NCBI GenBank assembly: GCA_036172245.1
Contig: JAYWIR010000034.1
Coordinates: 930,001-994,000, forward strand
From: Raillietiella orientalis
Taxonomy: Eukaryota
DNA length: 64,000 bases
Direction: 5' to 3'
The position numbers and the translations under genes were made by a program. The notes below the pieces were generated by a model. It saw nothing but the letters and a program-made list of their open reading frames with translations. It was not told where the DNA came from and ran no database searches. This document shows positions 50,584 through 64,000 of this stretch, piece after piece; within the stretch, counting starts at the first letter, position 1, and the number at the start of each line of letters is the position of its first letter.

Positions 50584-52501
50584 TCATTGTGTGGAGGTTT
50601 CTGACCACTGAGATGCAGCTCTTAATCTATGATTTTTTATTGCATTTAGGTGATCTCCCTGAGTAAAATGATTTTCATCCTGAAGCAACTGGATGTCCTG
50701 CTTTCCAGCTTCTGCACCATTCATGGAGAATGTCTTTTCTCCAATACACAAAGACTCCACTTGTTGAGGAATGCCAATGCCAACCATTTCTGACAACTCA
50801 TTTGGCTTATAATTCGTGTTTTTCTTTTTTATAGGGTACATTCCATGAGCATGAACCAAAAATTTGTCTTTGTTTATACCATGTTTCTTCAACTTGTCAC
50901 CTAACCTCCAAAGAAACTTCTGAGTACTATACAACCTTTGAAAATGTCTGATATCAAAATGCACCTTTTTAGCCACTGCTGCTGTTGTCCTATTATTGAT
51001 CCAGGTCTGCAAATCCGCACCCATGCAATTGCCTCACCTGCTGTCATTCGATAATGTTCCATCAAATAGCAAGCTATCAAACAACCAGTACGTCCCAGTC
51101 CCGCTATATATGAAGTCAATATGCTGCATATTAATTTTGCTCACCTTTGCAATGTACAGCTACAGCACCAACACTCATTTCAACAATGTTCACAAACTGC
51201 TTGACAATGGAGTCACTAGGCACTGTGCCATCTTGAAAAATGAGATCAAAATGCTGAAAACCAGCTTCCACAAACTGTGACGCATCATACATTTTTTTGT
51301 TTAATCTGACAACAGTTGTCACATCATTTTCATGGAAATAGGAAAAATATTTAATCGGAGCATCTGCAAGATATCCTAATGGATGTTAATGATACAATAA
51401 GTAGAAGCTTCATTTACCATCACTGATGCTGTATGCATCTAATGGCCCACGGAAAGCCAGCAGTTTCTCAGGTACAATCCAATTCAAATCTCCATTGTGT
51501 ACATGCTTAGCAAACAACATGATGTGATAAGAATATTATCAACTCACTTCATAGTATAAGTAATCTTCACAATTAAAACATTCAAAATCAATAAAGCGGT
51601 ACTGACAAGCTTTCCACACAGCATGAAAGCAGTCATTCAATGTTAAATCAAATGTTGAAGGTCCAATAGATGCATCTCTGAAATACTGCATAAATATCAA
51701 ATATTTTTTGACAATTGCCACCTATAGTTGGCAAAGGAAAGACTTCTATTTCCTACTAGTTTTCGATACACTTCAACAGGTTCTTGATGAAGATAAATGA
51801 TCTGTAGACAAAAAAAAAAAAAAAATAACATATTCATTCAAAACCTTAAACAGATAAATTTACTTACTGCAAAACACCCAATAAGAAAAGCTGCATTTGT
51901 TCTTGCATACTGATTTACAGTGGTATAGTGAACTATCTTCTTTTTGCTTAGAGATATGGACTAAAAACGTATCTTTTAATCTTAGAGTACCAAAAGTGTG
52001 TCACAAATTCGAAAGCAAGTGAGTGGAAAATACTTTTGATCTTGGAAAAGTATTTTCATTTGTTCATTGGTATTTATCGGACAGATATGCACTATAAAAC
52101 TTTTCAACCAAACCGCTACACACAAATAAGTATTTGGATGTAGAGGTAAATAGTGGATACAATATTTGATAATGATCTAATAATACGTAATTCCGTGACA
52201 ACACATTGAAACTTCAATTTTTACCTTTAATTTTCTATTTAATTTCTGGCAATATTTGTAAAGGGTGGCTAAATTGAATGGGCCGAAATCCTCATAAAAC
52301 TTTTCATATGTATACTCTGCATCTATAGAAAAATAGTATGTCTTTGGAGTGGATTTAGGACACGCATCAGTATGAATTGTGGCAAAGTAAAGGCGGTCTA
52401 TAAAACAATGTAAAATTACATCATTTCTGTGTACTTGTCGGAAAGTAATTACCTTTCAAAAACTCCGATGAGCAAACTAGTACTTCATTCTTACTGCCCA
52501 T
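50584..52501 (-). CDS. CDC14: Dual-specificity protein phosphatase CDC14 (9 coding exons)
   Basis: Exons 52501-52453 ([16 protein letters not shown]), 52397-52225 (RLYFAT…[17 protein letters not shown]), 51960-51868, 51801-51722, 51677-51548 (RDASIG), 51505-51418 (NGDLNWIVP), 51375-51145, 51103-50965, 50926-50584. Catalytic VHCKAGLGRTG and [10 protein letters not shown] are intact. Confidence 0.95.
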
Positions 52502-55500
52502 TACAATGAAGAGGAATCTCTATGTGCGCACGGGGTCATCAATGGTTACGTGACGGTTTGCAAACTTTAAATCATGAATGCTGAAGACATGACATATTTC
52601 CAGGAACTGCTAATTTTCACTAAAACTTGAAAACATGCGATTTACTAAACAATTCTTGAACAATTTTCCATTACTTCCATAAATGAACTTCAATTTATTT
52701 GCTGCAACAGCAATAAAAGTGTAGCAACGATTTAACATGAACCATTTTTACTGAACGAAAACTAATCTTTAGAATATCTACAGCCGGAAACAGCTGTACT
52801 CTGCTCTTTAAATTTAGATCATCATCATCATCATCATTTTTCGACTTCTACAAAAACTTATGGACACATACGACTTTTAAATAAAAAAAAAAAAAACCTC
52901 TTAATTACCTTCCAAAATTAAATTCCTCCTGCGAATCACACGCACTTATGACGAACCAATCTGCTTTGCACTTACCAGGTTTTCGGGTGACTTTTTAAAA
53001 TTCGGCGCACCCTTTGTAAGCTTTCAGACTCGAAAAACGAGAAAAGAGATCAAGTTATCAGAAATTTATGTGTTGAAGCAATTATATCAGATTTTATTGG
53101 AAATGCATAGGTGGGTCAAAGAACAGACGCAAAATCAAATTTAAAACATACTAAGAACCCCCATAATAGAAGGATTTTTCAGATACAGGCTCATCATGTA
53201 GAAATTAAAGATAAAAAAAATCATATCATCCATGTACGTATCTCATGACGGCTTGATAATAGGTAAAAACTAAAAAAAAAATGTGGAAATTGCAGCACTC
53301 AAAAAATGCTTGTTTATTAAAAATGGAATCGCTAATCCCATATCAATTACCATTTCGAAGTTCTAAATTTCCAGAATGCAGGTCAAAGTGTTTTTTGTGA
53401 GTTTCCAGCTATATCTACCGAGGCATGTATGTAAGCACATGTGTATATACGTGTATGTGTGTTTACGTATGTATGTATATGTGACAATCCCCCACATACA
53501 GTGTACGCCATATAAAGTATGTACATACTGCCACTTGAATCAGATTAGATCGAGACAGATATATGTAGCTCATTTACCCAAATTATTCATTTCTGTATTA
53601 TATTGATTTTGAAACGAAAATACATTTAGTTTTCATTGTATTTGAGATAACTCAGAGAGAATATTTAACATTTGTAATGGTAAATGAAAATACCAAATAT
53701 AAAAGAGATATTATAGATTTCAGTAATTTAGAAAAAATGCCATAGAGCTACAAACTTCAATATGTTTATGAAAAACAGTGATCCTCATAATGAGATTTAT
53801 TCTTTTCTCATAAAAGAAAATAATGATTATAATTATATTATTTTGATATTATGAAAATACGTCCTATATTATTAAATAACGTTATGATATTTGTTTCTTG
53901 AGTTGTAACAAATATATGTTGTAACAAATATTTTTCGATAAAGGTACTTAATTTTTTATGCACAAATACATCTTTTATTAATTTTCTGTAAATATAACCG
54001 TAGTTTGATAACTTTGAATTAAAGATTATCTTTTATTCAACTTCGGAGCAGAACTTCGTATGGTGCAGTATAATCCAGGAATGAGTAAAAAATAAACTAT
54101 GTACGGTGCAATGATGAATATATGATCCTTATCATTTCGTCAAGCTGAAGACTTAGTTCAATGTTATCTCTATCATGCTCCATGTGTGTCAGTAAAACAA
54201 GTTATGGATGGAAATTATGAAGTCAATAGTCACCAAGTTCCTTCTTTATAGGCAACTCCTTTGCATATTTGAATTGCTGGTGGTGATGTCTATCATTTTC
54301 CTATTTTAAATCTGCTAAATCATAACATAGAATTTAAATGGCTTTGCAGATATGAGTTATTTTGTATTGAATAAAAAAAGGGGGTTTGTATTTCATTTAC
54401 AAATAAAGATTCTGTTTTCGACATGAGTACCCCATCGTCATCTCAATTAACAAGAAGAAAAAGTAATGACTGAATCTGATACTGTGAAACTAAATGAATA
54501 TTAAAGAATGCTCTTGCTATAGTTTTGCGAAGTCGACATTAATCTGAGGAAAGTACAATACTATATTTTTGAGAATTCTAAAAGTTGATTGTAAGAAACT
54601 AGCGAAAGAAGAGATTTTAAAGAGCAAAAAGCAAAAATAAAACCGAAATTTTCTGTTCAAGAAAATTTCATAGTTTTCGCATTTGAAACAATTTCTCACA
54701 AGATCCATGCTGAAATCTGATAAAGTTTTGTTCATTATAGCTAAGTATAAGCTCTAGATGTCATCTCAGAAATGAGGATAATTGAGGAGAATTTTGTTAC
54801 GAGGATATTTAATGAAGCTTGTGCTAAGCAACTTCCAAGTATTACATTTTCTAAGAAAAATTTTTCCTCATTTGTATCTGCATGGAAACTTGGTAGCAAT
54901 TCATGCAAAAGTCCAAACAAAATCTGTCGCCCTAGATGACAAGCACATTACTGCAACACAATGTAGATACTGACTATTGTGAGCATAAAAAGTTAAGTCT
55001 TCATCTAACAACAGTGGATGCAGAGGAACTGGTGGAGGAATAAGAATCAAGGTTTACTCAAAAGCTTCTGTGGATTTTCAACGATAAGCAATAGTGTTGG
55101 AGTTTGGCACTTTACTTGATTGTTCATGGGTGGAAGCAAACATTCATTTCTTAGTGACGAATTGCTATAAAAGAAGCTAAGCTTTGGCTTGAAAACGATT
55201 CGTGTCCGAAACTAGATTTTAGGTTAACTGTAATCACTGAATGAATGGAAAGAGAAAAGAAAGACTTCTAAGTCAAGTTTCAAGACTGTGTTTCGAAGAT
55301 TGTGTGTGTTTTCTAGAGTGTGTCGAATGTAGGTGAATTATATTTTAGGTTTGTTGCTCATGCTAATGACAGTGCTTAACAGTTCTAATGCTCTTGTTTA
55401 AGCTCGGAGATCTGTGATTTGTAGGAAAAGAAAGATAATAGAAATCCTAAGGTCCCATAAAAGGTGCGTCCTAAAAGTTCCATGATAAAAATTCACGTGT

Positions 55501-57934
55501 TATCTTCCAGGAGGTTCATATTTCAAGTACGTTTACATGATCCCACATCCTTTCATTTTTAGAAAGTTGAGACAAAATGAACTCTTTCATCTGTAAGAAC
55601 TCAAGCAGCAGATTTGAAGAGTGCAATGTGGATCCAGGCTTAACGTGAGGATATATAATGACATCTCATAGTCTGATGGAGAAGCATGGAAAAAGAGCCA
55701 ACAGTTGACTGTCTCAAGACCTGGTCTTCTCAAGACCGCCTGAGAGCTTGCGGTGGACAGGAAACCCTCTCCGAATTGGAATTGTTATGGTGAAGCTAGT
55801 GTTGTTTTGCATGGTCTTCAACAGCACTGGAAGAATGAGTTGGGTCCGTGGCGCGAACAGCGGGAAGGTTTGTTCTCATGGCGTGTTCGTAACCTGGAGG
55901 TAGCGAAGAGTACGCGCTTTGCAACTCTAAGAATGCGCGCATCTGTGAAACGGATGATAGGCAACAAGCCACACTCTGTTTGTCTTTTTGTTGTCATGAC
56001 TGCAGATATTGTGAGAAGCAAACAATTTACAGGCTTTTCTCTACGGTAAGTAGAGTTAAACCTCTACTTTGCTCGAAGAGGCTCTGCCGAAAACAAGTAG
56101 AATAGAATGCAATGGTTAGGTTCTCACATAAGAGAGTCTACGTGTGAAAAGGGACATGTATAGATTTAGTGGTTGCATGATAAGGTGGCACTCATAAAGT
56201 GAAAGATGGCGGAATTGGCTCACAAGACATGTTTCTTCACTGAGAGAAAGAAAGGATTAATGAATCTACGCCTGAAGACAATCGCACTGGGGTGGTCAGG
56301 TTAATGTAGTTAAAGGATTATCACTTAATTAAAGAAGACAAAAGATATTAGAAAAATCAGTAGGAACGAATGTATAAAATAAACTATATTTGTATCAACT
56401 GATTTTGATGTTCGAATAGAAGCACGAATATATAGGGTTTTCCATTTTCTATCTGTCTAGTAAGACATTGTTATATTACGTGCAATTCTGTTAAATTGAT
56501 GACAGTGGTGTATGTAATTTGAGTCTGACTATTATTTTCAATTAAATTCACGGGATTTTTTATGACTATGCTGAACGGTGAACCTCATGGCAGCACTAAT
56601 GAAGCCTTGTGATTCTGGAGAAATTCTGGTATAAGGAATTTTCACAAAAACATGCTATTTTTTTTTTACAACAAAAGGATGTTTTAATGGAAGATAATCA
56701 TAATTCTATTAAATGTCCCTGAAATAAGAGATTTCAAAGCAGTGTCCATAATATAACAACATTATGAAAGTGATGAATGATTTGTTGCATTTTTGTCTAT
56801 AACGAGGTATAGAAATTCACAAAAAAGAATAAAAACATAGGTGGATGCATAAACATGGAAATCTATACTATTTAAATTAAAATAATCCATACAGAGAGAT
56901 CAAAAATTCTATTAATTTGCTCTACGTTGACAGGAATATCATGAAAAGGTCTATTAAATAGAGAAGTAAATAATATTTTCACTTGGTAATTCTATTTCTA
57001 TTCACTGGTGAGGAGGTGCTTTGCGCAAATCGGTCATGTGATGTTGAAGATAGTCTACTTTCAGAAGAATCTTGTGATTTGTTAGAATTGAGGCTTCTTG
57101 TATCGCCCTAAGTTTCGAAACTTTTGAAGGCATTTGCATTTCCTGATTTTTAGTATGACCTCATCTTAATTCATAAATATGAGTGTGCTAAAGATAGTTG
57201 TATGTGATTTGAATCTGCCAGTTTTCCACTAAATCAGGTATGACTCAAATAGTGTTTAACTTATTAAAGTTTCCGAAATAAAATATTGCAAACCAGTCGG
57301 TTCGCATTTGAAAAGGAGAATGAATATATACACTTCTAACAATTCACATCGTGTCAGTGTGGCTATGTTTTTCCTATTGCATTCGGATAATAGTGGTGTG
57401 GAGGTTCGAATCGAATTTTTAAAAGTTTTTTTCCAGCCATATGAAACAATCTTGAATGAAGCGAAAGCCCAGTCTTGTCGAATTACTGCTATTTAAAAAA
57501 TACGTTTTCAAGGCTACTTAATGCATCATTCAGTTCATATTTCGTTAATTGCAATCGGCAAAAATTATATTTATGTAGTCAGATGAGTGCGGTTTATTGT
57601 TTAATGATTCTAGAAATGTAAAATTTCTGGGTTATTTTAATTGCGTTTTTAGTTTAGTATTGAAGTTTATTAAACCTACAATGATGACATCAGCTATTTG
57701 TTGATTTTTTGAATATATTCGGTTTTGGGAGCATTAGTAGTGTTTCCAGTAAGTATGTACTTGTAAATTGTTTTTGAGTTTCAGGTGCTTTATTAACTTT
57801 GTGACTTTTTGTTATTAGATATGGAATTATAATCAGATCATGTATTTGAAAATTTGGGATGTAATTAAGAGCTATGCTGATTAATGTTTTCTTGTAATAT
57901 ATCTTTCAGAATGCTTTGATTATGAGAATCTTTC

Positions 57935-59029
57935 ATGATGGCTGCTGATTCTACTGAAAATTCTAAGTTGGAATGGATGTATAAAAGCCCAGCTGCTGCT
58001 GTCGATAGAGAAGAGTACTTACTTGGCAAGTCAATAGAGAGATCTTATGAGGAAGCTCCAGAAAGTTCAAATAATCATGTTTCTTCTTTCAAAGGTTTGT
58101 TTTGATATAGAGGAACTCTCTGAAATGTTTGTAGAAATTTGGTATAGCAACTTATCAAAGTCCCTTCCAAATATCCAAGTTGATATGGCAAAAAAAATTC
58201 AAGAAGATCCTTTGGTTAAAATACGAAAAGAAACTGAAGAAAATAAGAGAAAGATTTTAGAAAATCCTGTCAAAATGAAGATGTTAATGAAACTCATGGT
58301 AACAAAGCTTGGAGTGATATGTTTCTAATGCTGACTGTAATTCCTAGGAAGAAAAACAAATAGAAAAGGATTCAAAACATAAGAAGAAGAAGAAAAAGCG
58401 TAAAAGTCATGATTCAGACCTTTCAGAGTCAGAGGTGGAGAAAAAATTGAAAAAACGTTTAAAGAAAATGAAAAAGAAGGTTTTAGTTGAGATGTTAGCT
58501 GAAAAACAAAAGGATACGCCAGATATTGTACAGTTTGCAACTTATGGAGATCAGGTTGGGTTTTGATTTGTTGATGAAGTCACATTTTTCAACAGACCAA
58601 TGTGTGTCGCACTTCATACCAACAAGCAAGAGCAGAATTCAAGAGACGTCAAGGTGAGTATTCATGGATCAGAAGAAAGCTTTCAATATTTCTTAGCTGA
58701 ACGAAGAAAAAGGCTGAGTGAACAGGAAATGGAAGAAAAAAGGCGTCAAATGATGGACAATGTAGCATGGAAAAATGAACAAGCACAAAAACGGATTCAA
58801 TCCTATCGGCACAAGCAAACAAAGGAAGACCTTGATAGGAACCGGGATCATAAGCCAGCATTTATCCAGTGTGTATTTTGTCATTAACGTACAGCTTTTA
58901 TTGCATGATTCCAGCAAACAGCTTTCACAAGCTGCAGCCTCCAGCACTATTTCAAGCCGAATTCGTGCTAACATTTACAACATTCAGCGTTCAGCTGCAG
59001 CCATGGAAAAAAATTTTGCTCGTCGATAG
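57935..59029 (+). CDS. CWC25: Pre-mRNA splicing factor CWC25 homolog (multi-exon)
   Basis: KLEWMYK…VDREEYLLGK, DMAKKIQEDPLVKIRK…ILENPVKMK, Lys-rich middle, RLSEQEMEEKRRQMMDNVAW, C-terminal SRIRANIYNIQRSAAAMEKNFARR*. Introns include 58095-58134, 58299-58347 and 58654-58696. Confidence 0.9.
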
Positions 59030-59123
59030 CAAGCATCAAAGTGACAGTCAGGATTGGCCAGGCAGATTCTCTGACAATAAGAGCAGGGACATCTTTATTT
59101 TTATTTGAATCTTTGGCAAATTG

Positions 59124-62100
59124 CTAATACAAAACTTGGAGTGATAATTGGTACACATTCCTATATGTGTTTGCAATCAACCCCAAAATTGTGATCAATA
59201 CCACAGTGGTTCCAGGAAAACTTTTTTTGCCTGCACTAAAGTACAAACAGTAGGGACACTGGTAAGAGCCGCATACTTCACATATATTCAGCACATGCAA
59301 TGGTGTTGAACGGATCAGTGCTTCCTCAAATTGTTCTGGAGATAAGTGTTTTTTACTGTGACAGTTATAGTCTTTACCTGGCAGGAATGCATTTAGCAGT
59401 ATTGCACGTCTATATTCACTCATGTTAGCCACAGGATACCATCGTGTCACAGTGAAGTTAAAGCATTTTTGTTCATTGGCCAGCTGGGATGCAACTTATG
59501 TAATGTTAATCATATTTTACATCCTCACATGATCAAAGTGCCAGGTGACTTTTGTACTTTCTACTGAAGAACCTTGCAAGTTTGGGTGCTGTTGGGATGC
59601 AATCACATCATTTGCTTCATCCTGCCTTATTATGTAACCACTTGGAATCTCAACTATCAGTATTGCAGCTCCACTGTAGAGAGATTCTTCCACATTGATC
59701 CATCTGAAAAGCAATACTGTGATAAGTTGGTGAATAAGCTTGTATTATTTGAAAGAATTTTGTACATGCAGAATACACAGTGGTTATACTATGAGCATTA
59801 TCATTGTCTCCGTACTTAGTGCAGCATTCTATTGTCACAAAGGAACTGTTTTTCCAACGATGATAAAATTCCTTCACTGTCAATTCAAATGCTTGTTTTG
59901 GAGCCTTTGGTTTCAGTGGTTCATAATCAATAGTATATGAAGTATCCAAATGCACTAATGCCTGTCCTGTACCTCTGGCAACTAGATTGAGATGACCCCA
60001 AACACTGATAAGCTAGAATTATTATTGTAACAGCTTTGTTTGCTTAACAGATTACATCCATGCTATGTAGAGATGCAATGCTTTCGTTTGAAATCGTTAT
60101 TATCCTAGAACCTTCAGGACTAGCTGATGGCTCTGTTAGTATTTGCATGTCTGTAATGTCTCTTAGCCGTGCACGATAAGAATACTCCACTAATGCTTGT
60201 AAACTTATGATTGTATCCTAAATACATTCTTATTATCTTGTACTATTTTTGTATGTACTACTTGCTTACCACTGTAGTTATGAATCCATGTGAATGCATC
60301 CTATTTGAATTCATCCAAAACATTATTTGTTCTGGAGTCGTGGTAATGCCTTCTCGAATCATGTAGGTCATCAGTGCATAGCCTGTTGTTTCCATTGCTA
60401 AAGCATCCCATAATTGCTCACTTCTGGATAGCAAGAAAGGTCGTGAGTTCTCAAACCGCATGGCAGGAGGCTTCATTTCACTTGGTGCCCAGTAAATCAT
60501 CCCATCTGTAAGTCATTCTGCTGATCTGCAACTGTTGTAGTATGTTTACCAATTGTCCTTTTATTGTTGTCCATCAGGGCAAATGCCTTCTCACTGTCTG
60601 TGCTTTGAGTTAAAGTCAATGCATATGCAGTGAGTACAATCTCATAAACTTCTGTCAAGCTACTTATTTGAGTCTGTAGATATTGTAGGGCTTTGTGTTT
60701 AGCATTGTGCGCTTGATTTTTTGTTTTGCCCACCAACAAGGGTGTCACATGATGCAGCATAACAGCAACATGGGCTGTTAAGGGAATGTGGCGCATTTTG
60801 GACTGGGTTGTATTTTTCTGCTGTTTTACATGGCTTAAAAAAAGTTTTTCCAATACTGGTTTTTACCGTAGCAAGGAGTAATAAAGTCAGTGGGTTTTTG
60901 TATTTAGTAGTCTCTACAAAACTTCCATTTTCCTGTTGGAAAAGCAATAACCATTGGACTGATTCAGAAAATATTTTTGGATCTATGTAAATATAATTTT
61001 CCCATTCTTGGAACGTAGCAAAGGCAAACTGCGTCAGCACATATGATGTCAACCTGATTTGAGTACGTATTTGACGTCGTGTGAAGAAGAACGATTTCTC
61101 ACCATACGCTTTTCTCGTCACCTGCCCAGTTTACGAATCCGCTGCGGGTGTTGCAGAGCATTATTTGAAGATATGCCGTATTCATCACATTGAATACATC
61201 TTTCGCTATTTTCTTATCCCACTGATTTGTCAGTCTCATGTACATCAACCACCAGAGGTTTATTGCGAAGTCAAAGACGTAGTCTTCAGTCGACACGGAG
61301 GCTATTTTGAAGACTTCTTGTTTGTTTAATGGCATCACGGGGAAGAGCGAGCCAACTATGTCCCCTGATTTTTGTGCTTGGGATTTCTGAAGCGTTATTA
61401 CGAGCTTACCTGATATGGAGACAGAGCCTCTTGGGCTGCCAAATATGTATCTTCGCCACTGATTATAAGATACAAGAGGAGATTCCTCGATTTGAATGTC
61501 AAGGAATTTGTACACGTTCGCTCTATTTTTCAAATCGATCACAGCTGTGGAATGAGCAGAAACTAGGAAGCCATCAGGCTAAAATCAAGAAATCATATCT
61601 CTATAAAAGATAGACACGCATTTTTTAGATCTGTGGCATACTTCAACAGATATCGTCACAGTTTCACGATCTTCTCTTATCTGACTTAATGCCGTTATAT
61701 GAACGTCCATGTCACCATGGTTAATTACAGGAACGATTGGTATAAGAACAATTTTCGAATTTTCAGCAGGTATCTTACAAGATTTGCTTATGTACATTTG
61801 TGAAGATTTTTCTCTAAACTCACAAATACAAGATGCTGATGCTCCCCATCTGAAGTTCGTGGATTGTAATGACTGACAACACCATCATATTCAACGTGGA
61901 CAAACTTATAATCGTCTGATCCAGCCAATTTGATCAACACCACAATTTCTGTCTTCAAATTGTTAAACAAAACAAGTCTAATCCCTGCTTGTTCTCCAGA
62001 TCGGATGGATTCTGGAGCCTCTACATTCATTACGAAATCTCGGATAGTAGAATACTTTTTTTGAATGGACTTATGCGGATTCGATGAGTTCACTCGTTAC

Positions 62101-64000
62101 CTCCAGGAAATCATGGAGCATGCTGAGTCCACTACGCTCATCAACCACAAGCGTATTTATGTACCAAATATCCTGTACTTTTGGGATGTCTATAGAATTG
62201 ATGTATTTTCCATCTGCATCAACGTTGAAAGATAACCAAAGCCAGTCGTCTCCTGTATCGTAAAAGTCGGTGTACGTCATGAACTTGGTCAACCGATATG
62301 TTTCCTCTTCCTCTCGAGATGCAGCAAGGTCATTTTCACCTGATAAGTTACCAAACCTCGACTTCACATCCGCGCATGCAGAAAAAAAAAAGAGAAAAAT
62401 ACAGACAGTTGCTTTCGTCACTTCCATCCGGGCAATCCATCTTGCCATCACACTGTTGCCTTTTCAGATAACAGCCACGGATCAAACAAGACAATTCCTC
62501 GATCGATTTGTTACAAAAATCTGTCCTGTTTTTATCCTCAGCCCATTCCGAAGATTTACTCACGTGAATTGTGAATTACTTGGATCTTTGCATCCGTCAG
62601 CGCCAACAAGCCGGAGAACATCAGCGTTGTGTACGTGTCTTTCCCATAGTTCGGAGCTTGGAAAAAGTGAGACTTGATGTAGTCGTTCTGCCCGACTCTA
62701 TACTGAATCTGCATCAAAAGGCAATCTTGTTATTTCAGTACCCAATCTCGCTTTTCGTTAACACTGTGATCTTACAGTGTTCGCGAGAAACTCTATCAGA
62801 CGTGATCTTACAGAATATTCCGATACCTACTTTGTGAATAGGACGTCTGTTCTCCTCAAATGCGTACAACGAGTCCAGAATGTTTGCTTCTGTCAATTCG
62901 CTTACGTCACCGACGCTGAATGCTCCAGATCTCCTCCCCGACATGCCAATATAAGCACCGGGAGTGCTGCGACAATCGTATTCCACAGTATTTCCTGAAT
63001 GGTCTTTGTAGTGTTCCAGTTTCAGGGACAGCTAGAAACAAGACACCTCTCTAACAACTTAAATTACGGTTGAGATGGGGACATCCGGATGTTTCCTATT
63101 TCTGACTATAGTTTTAAATAGTTCCGGTGTATGCTGGGAGCAACTGTTTCCCGTAACTTTCTCAATGTAGCTCCGATCTCGGGAGCGTGTGGTCCATGGG
63201 AGTAATGATGATCCCGATTAGCTGGTTCGAGGAAGGATTTTTGATGATCATTGAATGATATCTGAGCATGAATTCTGCATGCTCAGATATGGTACATTTC
63301 TGCACTGTTTCCAATGCGATCATCGATGTTGGTGTCAAAGCAACCGGTCTGAGAAGTTTCCTTGTGAGCTCTTCTGCAACCTGAAGCAGCCAAACCATAG
63401 CGCGTACAACCGCGTGATTCAGGATCTGCTCGATGCAGTGTTTTCTTTGGCCTACAGATCTAGTTAGGCAGAGTTGACATATATGATTTTATTTATGTCA
63501 TGAGACGTATTCGAATCTGGATATTTATCAGAGATCGATTTGCGTGCATTTTCTCGAAAAATGATGCAAATTCATCGGTTCGACAGGCTTACTCATAGGT
63601 TGTTTGTAAAAGAAAACTTATAGGTTAATTAAAACCGAAAAAAGTGAGGAGGAAGAATGCTTAAAAAAAAAAAAGGAGAAAAAATGAATCAGTAAAAATG
63701 TTCATTACAAATGTCTTATAATTCGCGCGATAATCAGCATTTCGTTTGTTAGATGCAACAACAACGCAACTTTGATTTCGTTTGCTTTCTCCTCGTATGC
63801 CATAATAACGAAAGTATGTGGGAACCCTTCCGCAATAGTTTTATTGGAAGGCAGAACGTGGCTTTGTTTACCTTATGCCGGCTGATGGCTTCCACAGGCA
63901 CCGTCAAGCTGTCGGTCAAGAGTTCTCCGTAGCGATTCACATAGTAAACGAAAATGGTAAACGATGGGGCCATCTCTGGAGAGATAGGCACACTAAAAGT
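59124..64000 (-). CDS. Mcr: Macroglobulin complement-related protein (Mcr; TEP/alpha-2-macroglobulin family with LDLa domain), 3' portion; 5' end beyond window
   Basis: A2M-family segments (EMAPSFTIFVYY, FVMNVEAPESIRSGEQAGIR, IRLTSYVL, ETTGYALM), LDLa module (CDGKMDCPDGSDESNC), C-terminal ICEVCGSYQCPYC plus a hydrophobic tail. No GCGEQ at the thioester position (STEDYVFDFAINL), as expected for Mcr. Confidence 0.9.
63100..63420 (-). mobile_element. Decayed Tc1/mariner transposase fragment in an Mcr intron
   Basis: LLPWTTRSRDRSYIEKV resembles the Tc1 motif LPWPxxSPDLxPIENVW; RIHAQI upstream resembles RPHTAR. Located within the ~840-bp intron (~63032-63872). Confidence 0.45.

Noticed and set aside
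54500..56300. Short ORFs between CDC14 and CWC25
   Set aside because: No recognisable motifs or consistent exon structure; possibly decayed TE but unsupported.
61250..61320. Loss of the thioester GCGEQ motif in the TEP-family gene as a novelty
   Set aside because: Absence of the thioester plus an LDLa module is the established state of Mcr.

Overview
Eukaryotic (metazoan, most likely arthropod) genomic DNA with spliceosomal genes. The left 27.5 kb is a giant, near-perfect inverted repeat: arms 1-12530 and 14940-27457, a 2409-bp spacer, and a left arm that runs off the window edge. The repeat duplicates the eight 3' coding exons of an MFSD4-like MFS transporter gene. The complete copy of that gene lies on the minus strand (~35535->16127), so the two copies point tail-to-tail at the spacer. 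The GC-rich region (~1-33 kb and 39-42 kb) contains decayed L1/Tx1-type LINE remnants and a probable tRNA-derived SINE-like repeat. To the right, in AT-rich DNA, lie an intronless SLC35G/EamA transporter gene, a CDC14 phosphatase gene (with a decayed copy of part of one exon), CWC25, and the 3' part of Mcr (a thioester-less TEP with an LDLa domain). CDC14, CWC25 and Mcr have very short introns (many 38-49 nt). The palindrome is the most striking object. It could be a real fold-back duplication or an amplification/assembly chimera, and the sequence alone cannot decide. No prokaryotic-type system (CRISPR, operon) is present. All alignments were done by eye.
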